64,000 bases of DNA. It comes from Octopus sinensis (taxonomy: Eukaryota). Below the pieces are notes generated by a model. It saw only the letters and a list, made by a program, of their open reading frames with translations. It was not told where the DNA came from and searched no databases. Location: contig NC_042998.1 of assembly GCF_006345805.1 (NCBI RefSeq), positions 60,016,001-60,080,000 of the forward strand, read 5' to 3'. Below, piece by piece: positions 1-11,934 of this stretch. How positions within the stretch are numbered: position 1 is the stretch's first letter; the number at the start of each line of letters is the position of its first letter. A program made the translations under genes and the position numbers.

Positions 1-700
1 CGAATTAATAGTAGTACACTGAAAGAGTATTAAAAGGAAGATTTATATTATCTCCATAATTCGTATCGACAATTATGGTTGGAGACTGACATCTGCTTTT
101 TCGGAGAGTCATTTTGAAATCTGCTTCTTCTGCGTATGATATTGCTGTGCCACATTGAACAGGAGAGATAAATGCGAATTACATTGTAGAACCTAAATAG
201 AATCAATATTTCCACCAGGCGATTAATCCTGTGTGACATTGCCTGGAATTGTATATGACCTGAGAATCGGCATCAGTTTCACTCAGAAGATTGCGTCGAA
301 TTATTTGCCAAAGTCTGCGAATGATATATAAAAGAATTTAGGTTCTGATATTTGATACCTTCAATACGCCTGCGTATTGGTAATATTGGAGATAGTGTTG
401 ATCTTCTTTGTCGAAAACCATTTTGGTTGATCTTTGGTAATGTTTTTTTTTATATTGAGGTTTATTCTTGAAAGCAAAATTTTGTTGTAAATATTAGCAA
501 CCTTAATAGGTAAACTAATGCATCGGTGTCGCTTAGTGTATCCAAGTTCTTATCTTTGGGAAGGATATTAGAAGATTGCTCAACCAAATATAATATTTCT
601 GCTAATGTAAGGATTTATTAACACGTCAAGTTATAGATCCAAAATTGCTACTGTTTTCTGCACTTCCACTGCCATACTGTCAGGACCTAGTAAATTAAAA
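1..700 (-). mobile_element. Degenerate RTE-clade LINE reverse transcriptase fragment
   Basis: Manual minus-strand translation across stops and frameshifts gives GPDSMAVEV..., ANIYNKILLSRI, KNGFRQRRSTLSPILPIRRRIEGIKYQNL and SFADFGK*FDAI. These match the RTE RT motifs GPDGIPAEVWK / QNGFRxxRST / FVDFxKAFDSI. Confidence 0.75.
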
Positions 701-949
701 ATACCGTTTAAAAAGTATTTTGATACAATACTTTAATTCTTCTGCGATAAAAGGCATTTACCTGGAAAAAAATAAAAGAAGTTATATGCAAGATTTCACA
801 GCCCTAACGTCACTTCCCTTGTGGACAAAACTTAGCGTCGTGTGTTATCAAACTCTGGTAGAAAAAAGAGTTTTACACCAATGCTCCAAGGGCATCCATG
901 CTGGTATGGTTATTATATTAGAGGGTGATGCTCTAGCTTCCTGAATAGG

Positions 950-1302
950 AACGGTGGTCAAAACTGACGAAAGGAGTCTTGTTTATCAGGACAATAATCA
1001 ATCGCACAAGTCCTCAGTTTCAATGGCTGCTGTTCCCGATTTGACCCTATTTGAGTATCACCTGTTACCTAACATGAAAGAACGCTTGGGTGAGAACCAA
1101 TATCGCAGTGATGATGACCTCACATCTCCAGTAACTTCAACAGTTACTTTAAAAGTCTTCTTTGAGCATTCAGAGGACAGTTTACCTAGAATGAAGCAAT
1201 TAGATTATTAATAAGAATATGCTGATATTAATGTATGAAAGATGTTACATCTCTAGCATCACTCCTTCATAGTCAGCCTATGAACATTTCAGCCCATCCT
1301 CA
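950..1302 (+). mobile_element. Mariner (DD34D) transposon 3' remnant with terminal repeat
   Basis: KLTKGVL-F-QDNNQSHKSSVSMAAV...PDLTLFEYHLLPNMKERLGENQYRSDDDL resembles the mariner C-terminus (FHQDNAPAH...PDLAPSDFHLFPNMK...YRSDDEV). It ends in TCAGCCCATCCTC, resembling the reverse complement of a TACGAGGG-type mariner TIR. Confidence 0.8.
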
Positions 1303-1304
1303 GG

Positions 1305-1352
<48 letters not shown>

Positions 1353-1555
1353 TGTGTGTGTGTGTGCGTGCGTGTGTGTGTGTGTGTTGTGTGTGTGTGA
1401 GTGAGTGTGTGTGTGGGTGTGTGTGTGAATATTATTTTGCAAAATTAAGACCGAAATTTAAGATGGAATAAGTATTTTGCTCAAATATTTGACAGTCACT
1501 AAACAGTCTACCTTGTATTTATATGCACACACATGTGTGTGTGTACCTATATTTT

Positions 1556-1592
<37 letters not shown>

Positions 1593-1760
1593 ATATATAT
1601 ACATACATACAAACGTTGAATTATGTGGAACGAATGTAGAATTTTGATGTAGGTTTATAGAAAATGCATGTTTTTCTTGCGACTTGAGTTTCACTCGACT
1701 CCCACTATCTTGAAACTAGACTCAAGCGAGAACCATTCAGTTTCAATTAACTATGAACGT

Positions 1761-2205
1761 GCACGCCGGGCGAAATGCTTAGCGGTATTTCGTCTGCCGT
1801 TACGTTCTGAGTTCAAATTCCGCCGAGGTCGACTTTGCCTTTCATCCTTTCGGGGTCGATAAAATAAGTAGCAGTTACGCACTGGGGTCGATATAATCGA
1901 CTTAATCCGTTTGTCTGTCCTTGTTTGCCCCGTCTGTGTTTAGCCCCTTGTGGGTTGTAAAAGAAATAGAAATAGGTATTTCGCCTGTCTTTACGTTCTG
2001 AGATCAAATTCCGCCGAGGTCGTCTTTGCCTTTTATCCTTTCAGGGTCGATTAAATATGTTTGTCCTTTGTGAGCTTAGCCCCTTGTGGATAGTAAAGAA
2101 ATAGAAATAGGTATTTCGTCTGTCTTTACGGGATTTCGTCTGTCAAATTCCACCGAGGTCGACTTTGATTTTCATCCTTTCGGGGTCGATAAATTAAGTA
2201 CCAAA
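1761..2205 (+). mobile_element. tRNA-derived SINE family A, three tandem partial copies
   Basis: B-box-like GAGTTCAAATTCC and central GCCTTTCATCCTTTCGGGGTCGATAAA. Units start at ~1761, ~1977 and ~2111 and are joined at GAAATAG|GTATTTCG. Confidence 0.85.
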
Positions 2206-2789
2206 ACAGGAAAAGAATAAACTATGTATGTGTATGTTTGTGGATATATTGTATGTGTGTGTTTGTGAATGCACGTGTGTGTATGTGTATTTATATATAT
2301 CTTTGTGTATAATTGTGCATTAATAAAATATTCACTAATTAATCATAGACAAAAAGCAATGTCTCTATGAAGTGTGCTGCTTTAGTGTTCTACATCTAAT
2401 TAAAAATTGGTCACCCTTGTAACCTCTCTATACGTAAAATTACTGAATGAAAATAATTCATCTCGAATAGCGCCATATAATATAAATGACACACACAGAC
2501 AAATACACAGACATATACAAAAATACATAAAATGCACAGAACACACAGACACTCACACATTAAGTATGAATGATTTGTTGCAATCCTTAATCCTATTCAA
2601 ATTTGCAAGCATTAGATTTAATTGAAATTACGGGAGGGAAGTTAAAGTATTGGCGGGGGGTATCTTTGTACTGGTTCATAAGAAAGGAGTTCGATGACAT
2701 TATTTGAAAGAGGTTATAATTTTTAGGATAAATAAGTTTGCTTGGTTAGAGATGAAATTTCTACAAAACTGTTGCTAGGCAACTTGTGT

Positions 2790-3239
2790 GCGCGTATGCA
2801 TGTATGTATGTATGTATATATGTATGTACATATGTATGTGTGTATGTGTGTATGTATATATGTATGTATGCATGTACGTACGTATGTACGTATGTATGTA
2901 TGTATGTATGTATGATGTATGTATGTATGTATGTATGTATGTATGTATGTATGTATGTATGTATGTATGTATGTATGTATGTATGTACGTACCTATGCAT
3001 GTATGTATGTATATATGTGTATGTATGCGCGCGCTTGAGGTGTTTGTATGTACGTGTGTCTATGTGTTGGTATGCATGTGTGTATGCATATATGGATGTG
3101 TTTATATACATATAAAAATGCATACGCACATACCTCTCCATTTTATCTCTCTCTCTCTCTCTTTCTCTGGATATATATATATATATATACGCACGCACAC
3201 ACACACACACACGCACACACGTACACACACACACATACA

Positions 3240-3285
<46 letters not shown>

Positions 3286-3300
3286 TATATATATATATAT
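2790..3300. repeat. (ATGT)n, (CA)n and (TA)n microsatellite complex
   Basis: Directly visible simple repeats that generate the spurious YVCM/YIYI ORFs. Confidence 0.95.
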
Positions 3301-4015
3301 AGTAAAATCAGTCGCCACATCAAAGTGGCTGTTTCGTGGTACTAGTCTAACCCAGGCAGATTCTCCGCCAACTAGTTAACGGTATGACACCTCACACTTT
3401 ATATACAATATACTGTTAGCAGAGGCACCGAACACCTACCACCCTCTAGCAGATAACAAGATCGCCAGACTGACTCAGTTTCGTGCTATTTTGGTCTTCC
3501 TCAATCGTGAGTACCTGCATACCAGAGATAGTGTACTAACTATACTAAAGAGTAACGGGTGCAGTGTCGCACCGATTACCACATGGCGGAGAATCTACCT
3601 AGGGTTAAACTAGTAGTAACACGAAACAGCCACTCTGATGTGGCGACTAACTTTACTTTTCACTGTAGTAACTGCTCTATTTCTTCTTCAGATTTTACAA
3701 ATACCTATTTTGCTTGTTGCAAATCAGTGACCGATGGTCACTTTGTTTACAATATATTGTTAGCGTTAATGAATACTGACTATCGCTCTGGCATGCAAAT
3801 GCTCGCGAATGCGGATAGCCAGATAACTAACTAGAGCCGGACGACCTTGTTACCTGCTAGACGGTTGTAGGAGTTCGCTCACCCTGCTAACAATTTATTC
3901 TATATAAAATGTGCAGTGTCCCACTGATAACCAGTTGGTGGAGAATCTGCCTGGGATTAAACAAATAGTAACACGAAACAGCCATCTTGATGCGGTGACT
4001 GTAGCTATTTTGCTT
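3301..4015. repeat. Three copies (one inverted, two direct) of an unclassified 110-190 bp repeat
   Basis: The motif GGCGGAGAATCT(G/A)CCT-GG...ACGAAACAGCCA occurs at ~3301-3480 (minus), ~3555-3665 (+) and ~3830-4015 (+). The locus is flanked by (TA)n. Confidence 0.8.
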
Positions 4016-4028
4016 TTATATACATATA

Positions 4029-4075
<47 letters not shown>

Positions 4076-4150
4076 TATATACCGGAGTAAGAACGTTAAT
4101 GCGAAACAAGGTGGTAAAAATAGTACACGAATACCAGAGGTAGCGTAGTT

Positions 4151-4292
4151 TGCTTTATTAAAAAGCAGCAAAAAGTATCACAAAAAACTGTTACTCAGAG
4201 TTTCACGTTCCCGTTCGTCAGACCGTCCGACGAACGGGGACGTGAAACACTGAGTAACAGTTTTTGTGATATTTCTGCTGCTTTTTAATAAA

Positions 4293-4295
<3 letters not shown>
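4151..4295. repeat. Fold-back palindrome (71-73 bp arms, 1-nt spacer) built from two hammerhead-containing element ends
   Basis: 4151-4223 is the near-perfect reverse complement of 4225-4295, centred on C4224. Confidence 0.9.
4188..4223 (-). ncRNA. Minimal type I hammerhead ribozyme core (stem I truncated to 2 bp by the fold-back junction)
   Basis: The minus strand reads GT-CTGACGA-ACG(GGAA)CGT-GAAA-CT(CTG)AG-TA-ACAG. This gives an intact CUGANGA and GAAA core, stems II and III, and a GUA cleavage triplet. Confidence 0.65.
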
Positions 4296-4328
<33 letters not shown>

Positions 4329-4662
4329 CCTTACCATTATTGTTTTTACGTATTTGTATTCTTATTCGTGCTTTCTTTATTGTTTTTACGTATTTTTGTA
4401 TTTTTATTCGTGTACATCGTCCGTTTTCCGTCCTTGTGTTGTATACATTCGCGGCTTTCTTCCAAGGGATCTAATGCGCTTGGCTTAGATTTCCCTTGGG
4501 GGCTGCCCAGATCGGAGCAATCTCAAGATTAATCAGCCGAAATTGCGAAGATGATCCGGTTCTTGACAGATGATTGAGGGCTTCGAATGTCCCGTCCTGT
4601 GTTTCTTGTGTCGTCTTCTTGGTGTTTCACGTTCTTGTCCCAGTTTGTAATATTTTTTTACT

Positions 4663-4794
<132 letters not shown>

Positions 4795-4848
4795 GATAAT
4801 CATTCGTGTCTTTTCTTTACATTCATATATATTTCTATATGCATATTT

Positions 4849-4882
<34 letters not shown>

Positions 4883-5864
4883 GAAATGTGTCTGTGTGAG
4901 TATATGTGCGTGCGCGTGACTGTATGTACATATGTATGTATATATGCGTGTTTGTGTTTGTGTGTCGTGCGTATGCATATATGGGGTTGTAGCGCGAATA
5001 TATTTTCTGCAAAATCAGACGCCGTACTGTCTGCTTAATATCTTTTATTTTGTTTTCTCTGTGATTTTAGTGAATGGCCTACGAAATTATATTATGGTCT
5101 GATTGCCAATGTGTACTACATGCAGCTGTTTAAAAACGTCCAATTTTATAATACAAACAAACAAATCTAAGATATATTATTTCTTCATAGTCATGTGTAT
5201 GCCCTTTTTCAACACTTGTTTGTCTCCGACAGAGCAGATTTAATTTCACTGGTACTACTAGAGTTATCATTTAATTATTTTTAACATCCACTAGTCCGTA
5301 GTCAATTTATCTTTTATTTATATATGGCTACAGTTATAGTTGAAGTGTAATCTGTTGCTATTCTAACAGTCATTAGCAAACTGAGGCTTGTTGGACTTTT
5401 TCAATGGCGTACCTAACAAAAAAATTATTAACTCGATTTTCTTTTCAGCTGTATGACCCTGCCTGATAATGTGCATAGTCACATGCAACCATTTATTGTA
5501 CACAGTTGCTCCATGCCAATAGTAGAGGCTCTCTCCACGTATTCACTGCGCTATTGTGCTAGGAAGAATATTACTGCGTCTAACGTACATGAATTTCCAG
5601 TCCTTAATACTGATGTCGGGTGTAGTAGCATAAAATATTATTAGTGATCATTAAATATACCATAGTTATTTCTCTAAGAGAGATTGTGATTACGTATTCG
5701 AATAGATGTCACGTAACATATTTTCTCTCATCTTTAATGAGTTGACGAGCTACGTGTATGAGTTATGGTTAAACAGTTCAATTATTTAGAGGCATATATT
5801 GCTGCAATGTAAATATGTCTTCAGTTGCTATAAGACATTGACCCATGTATGTATGTGCATGTGC

Positions 5865-5916
<52 letters not shown>

Positions 5917-5967
5917 CATATGTGGGTGTGTATCTGTAATATAATGTGACAATTATTCGGTTGCCAT

Positions 5968-6028
5968 AATAAAACTACGAGTTTTGGATGTCAGGGCGGA
6001 AATCTGTTCCGGCATCTCGTCAGTTATC
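5968..6028 (-). ncRNA. Degenerate type I hammerhead-like motif
   Basis: The minus strand reads GATAA-CTGACGA-GATG...CGGAA(CAGAT)TTCCG...CATC-CAAAAC-T(CGT)A-GTT-TTATT. Stems I, II and III can pair, but GAAA is altered to CAAAA. Confidence 0.4.
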
Positions 6029-6675
6029 AAAGCATATATGTATATATATGTATGTGTATACCTATATATCTATATACCGGCAAGACTACAACATGGAAGT
6101 TAAGAATAGGAACGTGGATAACTACATGAAAGCAATGACAGTGACTTGGTTAATATTTAGCATAACAAATATATTTCATTAAATAAATAACGGACAGGTA
6201 ATATATTTTCCTGGTTGGTATATTCTCTCTATTTGACAAAATTATATTAATTCTCCTCAAATATGTAAGCCGTTCATGGTCGTTCGACACACTAGTAATA
6301 TTAGTTATATATGCTTCAAGCCATATCGGCTTCCAATAAAAACGAAGCAACAGAAAATAAAGTGCAAACGCTAGTTACGGCTGGGAATGATTTGATCATA
6401 TGCCTCCTGTACCAGGGCTAATAAGAAACATCGAATATTAGTTCATTATAAATACCTATATCATAAGGAATATGGAAGCTACTTTATCCGATCAAGAATT
6501 AATGAAGGAATGTGATATGTGTGAGTGTATGTATGTATATATGTATGTATCTATGTATCTATGTATCTATGTATGTATGTATGTGTGCGTATGTATATGT
6601 GTGTATGTATCTGTCTATCTATATATCTATCTATCTACCTATATATATAACTTTACACTGGCGTTCTTGGGTATA

Positions 6676-6730
<55 letters not shown>

Positions 6731-6911
6731 AAATGTAAAATCCAAGAATCCAGGGGTGGGAAATTCTGACCAAATTTCATATGTATGTATACGTGTTTCT
6801 GTGCATCTATAAATTGACATCCCTTGGCGACAACGTAACCTTATTTAACTAAACTATCTTTGGTCTGATGAGTAGTGGAGCATCCGTCGTTGACTAATTA
6901 TATATATATAT

Positions 6912-7016
<105 letters not shown>

Positions 7017-8314
7017 TACAAGCTGTTGGATCGTTGCTCGTGTTTTCCATGTTGAAGTTAAGACCACCTCTGACCTTGTGTGAAATCTACTACGTTCCCC
7101 GTGCCAGCTATTACCCATTAAGATGTTATATCTGGTTCGGCAGGGAATTTTACCAGGTAACCGCTTTCGACAAACTCCTATATAATGGACCGTCTGAAAT
7201 CGCAATCAAACTTTTGGGTGCACCTCGACCCGTTGAGAGTAATGTTTGCTTATTTCTCTCCATTTAATGCCACACTCTGTACAAAATTGATCAGTCTCTC
7301 TGTCAAATATCAGCAAAATCCGAAGAAAAATATTAAGGTTGTGTCGTAAAATAGAATCCATGTGAGCATTTACATGAAAATATCCCATTGACTTTTCAAT
7401 CCCAATACATTATATGAATAATTGATGTTCCATATGTCGAAATGATTAATTTTGCTTATGGGTCAATTTTCTTCAAAATCAACACATTATTTTACAGTGA
7501 GTGAATTTGGATGATTTCTGCCTTCACCGGTTTAATTTTAGGTCTACTACATTACTCTAACCATGAACTTTACCTAATGTCAAATTTCATCAAAATGGGA
7601 TGAATTCTGTAAACGTTACAGCATAAAATATTAATCCTATGCGTAATTGCATGCAAAAAGCCAATTGATTGCTAACTCTTCATGCTGGCATCAACTAATG
7701 GACATGAACTGTAATCACGTGTAAAATGTCTACAAAATCAATAAAATTTCCACAAAATAAGAAAATTCTTATGTGCATTTGTGCCCCATTCAAGCCATTT
7801 TGAATTAAATAAGCACCTTTACAATCTTTCTCACCACAAAAGTTACCTACATCTCAAATTACATTAAAATCAGATGAAAAATATAAAAGCTACAGCCAAA
7901 AAATAAAATCTCAATGGGTATTTGCATTCCAAAAGCCTATTGATTCTATAAAACCACTGCTCAGGCGCAATTATCGTTAACGCAATTTTTTGTTAACGCC
8001 ATATACTGACATCAACTCACTGCCACGAGCCTCGCTCAATCATTGATTTTCATCAAAATCACACAAAAAATACAAAAAGCTGCAGAAAAATAACATCGTT
8101 AAGGGAATTTCCATTCAAACGACCGATTGAGCTCACAAAAATCGATGCCAACTGAGCATTATCGAGTTTTCGAAAACTTCCGACCTTACTTGAACTTCAG
8201 GGCATGTGATCTACCTATGTGCCAAAAAAACATTAAAATTGGTTGGACGTTGTGGTAGGGGTTAGAGTAACCCCAAACACACACACAGACACCATTACAC
8301 ATTTATGTATATAT

Positions 8315-8379
<65 letters not shown>

Positions 8380-8411
8380 AATCGCCATGATAGATCATTA
8401 GCCACTACACA

Positions 8412-8570
8412 CATTTTTTCTCTCCTTGTTTTTTTTCTCTGTCCCTTTCTGTAGAAGAGCGTAGGCTCGAACGTAAAAGACGTTTTCTATTCTTGAGCGT
8501 TATACTAATACATCTGGTTATTTTGTACACCGCCTGTCTTCCTCTTTTGTTTTTTCGTAAACTCTCCCTA
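8412..8570 (+). mobile_element. Short (TA)n-associated element, family H copy 1, with a degenerate hammerhead at 8445-8479
   Basis: CTTT-CTGTAGA-A-GAGC(GTAG)GCTC-GAA-C-GTA-AAAG. Homologous to 43560-43742 and to the reverse complement of ~53520-53715 (shared CTGAGCG..ATACTAATAC). Confidence 0.7.
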
Positions 8571-8582
8571 TATATATAATAT

Positions 8583-8622
<40 letters not shown>

Positions 8623-8626
<4 letters not shown>

Positions 8627-11600
8627 CAGTTGAGATCCACATCTGCGCAATAGCCATAGCCATCAGCGTAGCGAAAACCGTTTTCCCTTCCCGTTTAAAG
8701 GAAGGTGGTGCAACAATATTCACGATAGACTCGGCCGATAAGCGGGCCCGTCCTACACTCGACAACAGCTGTTCGACGAAGGTCCACAGCTCTGAAATAT
8801 CTGGACACTGTACGAGTGCGTGCAGAACGGTTTCGTCGCTCTGACCGCATCTCGGGCAGGTCGGTCCGGTGATGGTTTTCGAACCGTGCCTATAGCTCTT
8901 CTCTCGAACAGGTAGTGCGTCTCGATAGCATTGCCAAGCCAGGGGATTTCTGGAAATTATCCATAGGCCCCGGCCCGAACGTCGTCCTGAACAGGCGGGT
9001 TAGGAATTTCTCGTCGACGCCCAGGTTTGCCCCGAGTGTGTCGTCGGACCTCCCCTCCACTAGTCCTCTATAGAACGCTTTAGTCGTTTGTAAGTTGCAC
9101 AAGTTTGACCCCGGTCGGCAGAGCTGCTGTAGAGCTTGGCGACACTCTCGGTGCCAATCGCCCAGTTTCGGTTTCTTCCTGATCCACGTTTGCAGTTCGG
9201 TCAGTGAGTCGAGCTGCGGGAACGCGCGCCTCACAAACGGCGCCCACACCTATTCACCGTCATCGATGAAGTTCTGGAGATGTCGCAGTCTCAGCGCATG
9301 CCTGCGCATCATCAACCACGGCATGCCTATTCCTCCATTCAACGGATATTGAAAGCAAATGGACCTCCTCACCATTGGAACGCCACCCTTCCACAGGAAG
9401 CGGAAGGGTATGCGTTCCAGTTTGGTGATGGTTGCGTCGGGACAGGGCACGACGGTCAGGCGGTAATCGATGACGGATGCGATGTACGCGTCTCCACATC
9501 CGCCCGACCTTTTAGAGACAGCTTTCTCTCGGCCCATGTTTGGCTGAGAGCGACCACTCTACTCTTGATCTCGTCCCAGTTCTTGTCCATTTGGAGATCC
9601 GGACTGAACCAGACCCCGAGCAATTTAACCGGTCCCTCCATCAAGCGTCCCACTACTGAGCCGCAGTCGGACGGCATGGGCTTGCTTCTCCAGGTGCCGA
9701 GTAGCAAACCCACTGACTTTTCCGGATTAATCTTTGCTCCCGTCACCGTTTCGTATTTCTTAGTGTCTCGCCTATCATCTGGATGTGTTTTTCGCTCGAC
9801 ACTATGACGGGGACATCGTCCGCATATGCCGACACGCTCGTCCCGCAACCCAGTTCCCGTGGGATGCCCCTCAGTGTCGCCAGCTTCCGCAGTAGCGGCT
9901 CGAGAGTCAATACATACAGAAGCGCCGACAGGGGACACCCCTGACGGACCGAACGCGTGATGTCAAACGGTTTCGACAGGTGGCCGTTCACCCAAATCAC
10001 TGATCGGATGCCGCTATACAAGGCAGCGATCCAACCGCGGAAGACGGGACCGAAGCCAGCCGCCCTGAGGACGGCCGCCAAGTACCGATGGTCGACCCTA
10101 TCGAAGGCTTTAGACTGATCCAAATTGATCAGCGCCCCACCCATGCCAGGATCCTTAACTACCCTGTCCACAATGTAACGCATCAGATGGAGGTTGTCAT
10201 GTATGGTTCTGCCCGACACGGCGCATGTTTGCACCCTGTCGACCAGTTTACCAATGACAAGCGCCAACCTCTCGGCTATTACTTTGGCCAACATTTTCAA
10301 ATCTGCGTTAAGCAGAGTGATGGGCCTGACATTATCTATAAAATTCCCCTTGTTTGGGTCTTTCTTCAGCAACGTCACTGCACCTCGGCTCACGAAGCCA
10401 GGGATTCTCCCGTTTGTTGCCAGTTGCAGTAGACTGATGCCAAGAGGTCTCCAAACAAGTCTGGCATTTGACAATACAGCTCGTAGGGTAAACCATCCAA
10501 TCCAGGCGACTTATCCATCGCGCAGCCCGCCATCGCATCCCGCACGTCAGCGGCCGTGATGGGACTTTCACAACACTCCGCTTCTCTTGCCGAGAGCCGC
10601 GGCAGGTCGGTCAGGTAGGTACTGAAATTCATCCCGCGTTCCGACCCACCACTCGCACCAAACAGTCGAGCAAAGTGTTGTTGAAAGGCCTCACGCATCC
10701 TTTCGGGTTCGAGTAAACTGCATCCCTGTTGATCTATTAGAGACCGAATGGTGGCTCTGTTGCCACTCTGCGCCTCTGCTACCCGGGCCTCTCGCGCAGC
10801 TTCGTTCCTTAAGGCACGCATTTTAGCTCTGACGACGCAACCCTCGTGCTTGGTGTTGAGGTGTTGGTCGAGGGCCATCCTCGGAGCCAGCACGCTGGTT
10901 GCGCTGCCAGGGTAAATGCCTCTTCTAGTTTCTTAACCAGGTCTCCCTCTACTCTATTTCGATCTATCGCTAATTCCTTGCTAAACCTAATTGATTCCGA
11001 TTTTATTGCAATTTTCAGGGCGAACCACCAGCGGTTGTTAACGACGGCTCCCGTCAGCGCCCTCTTAATTAACTCGCTAATCCGGTTCCTGTAAACCTGT
11101 CGCGCTAAGAGCGACGTGTTCAGTTTCCAGTAACCGGGACCCTGTCTATATGTCTTATATAAGTCGAGCGTACACGTCACAAATTTGTGATCTGTGTAGC
11201 TGACTATTTTAAATTGTCGACGTCCTACACTATCCCTATCCGCTGTCCTGCATAGAATTCTATCTAGATAAGATCTCGACGATCCGGCGCGGTTTGTCCA
11301 AGTCCACGTTGGCACGTTCGGATGGTCGAGTCGGAACCTGTCAGACAAATGGAAACGTCTGAGTAGGTCTTTGAGGCACTTACACCCCCTTCTATTCCTA
11401 TCCATTCCAACATAATCTAGATGCGTGTCCAAGGTAGCGTTCCAATCCCCTACTAACAGTAAAGGTCTAGACGTACCCAGGAAAAACTCTAGACGTCTGA
11501 AGAAATCCGCCCGACCCGTTAAGGACGGTGCATAAACTGCCATCAATCGGAATGCACACCCATTTCTGCCATCCACGTCGAAGACAACCAGCCTACCCTC

Positions 11601-11867
11601 CGCGTCTAGGAATATTGTTCTTACTTTTACATTTAGACTCTTTCGAAAAAGTACCGCGGTACCTCCACCACCCATGTTCGGCAGACAGGGAGAAAAATAA
11701 ATGTCGAATTGATCGCCAAACATGGACGCGAGGGCCCGCGGCTTGCTGAGTCTGGTTTCACTGATAGCTACTATATCCACGTTCAGTGACTTGAAGTCGT
11801 TTAGAAGGTAACCTTGTTTCCAAGCCGACGCCAAGCCACGCGCATTCATACAACCTAATTTAAGCAT
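8623..11867 (-). pseudogene. Tx1-like ORF2 (APE endonuclease + RT + C-terminal CCHC), split by several frameshifts
   Basis: APE: MNARGL, ISETR, GDWNA, SYLDRI, YTDHK (10809-11867). RT: KSPGLDGLPYE, RPITLLNAD, LDQSKAFDRVDH, VRQGCPLS, AYADD (9456-10893). A DETVLHALVQC motif lies near 8800-8850. Confidence 0.93.
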
Positions 11868-11934
11868 AATTGACGTTTAAGAAATTTGTGTTTCACACAC
11901 TATATTGGAAGAGACAAGAGGCAAGAGGGAAGGT

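Noticed and set aside
2761-3345. Long ORFs rich in YI/CV/HT dipeptides (also at 14380-15922, 27539-27882, 41261-41893, 54595-55400, 58453-58855, 60687-61098)
   Set aside because: They are translations of (TA)n, (TG)n, (ATGT)n and (GATA)n microsatellites, which lack stop codons in some frames.
5330-5640. Possible RTE C-terminal remnant on the minus strand
   Set aside because: Only a vague motif resemblance, too decayed to support without a search.
6864-6895. CTGATGAG motif (also CTGATGAAG at ~60163 and CTGATGA at ~39510)
   Set aside because: No downstream stem II-GAAA-stem III arrangement.
9095-10559. Plus-strand ORFs overlapping the Tx1 ORF2 (for example 9280-9807, 10088-10432)
   Set aside because: Antisense shadows of a GC-rich retrotransposon ORF with no recognisable motifs.
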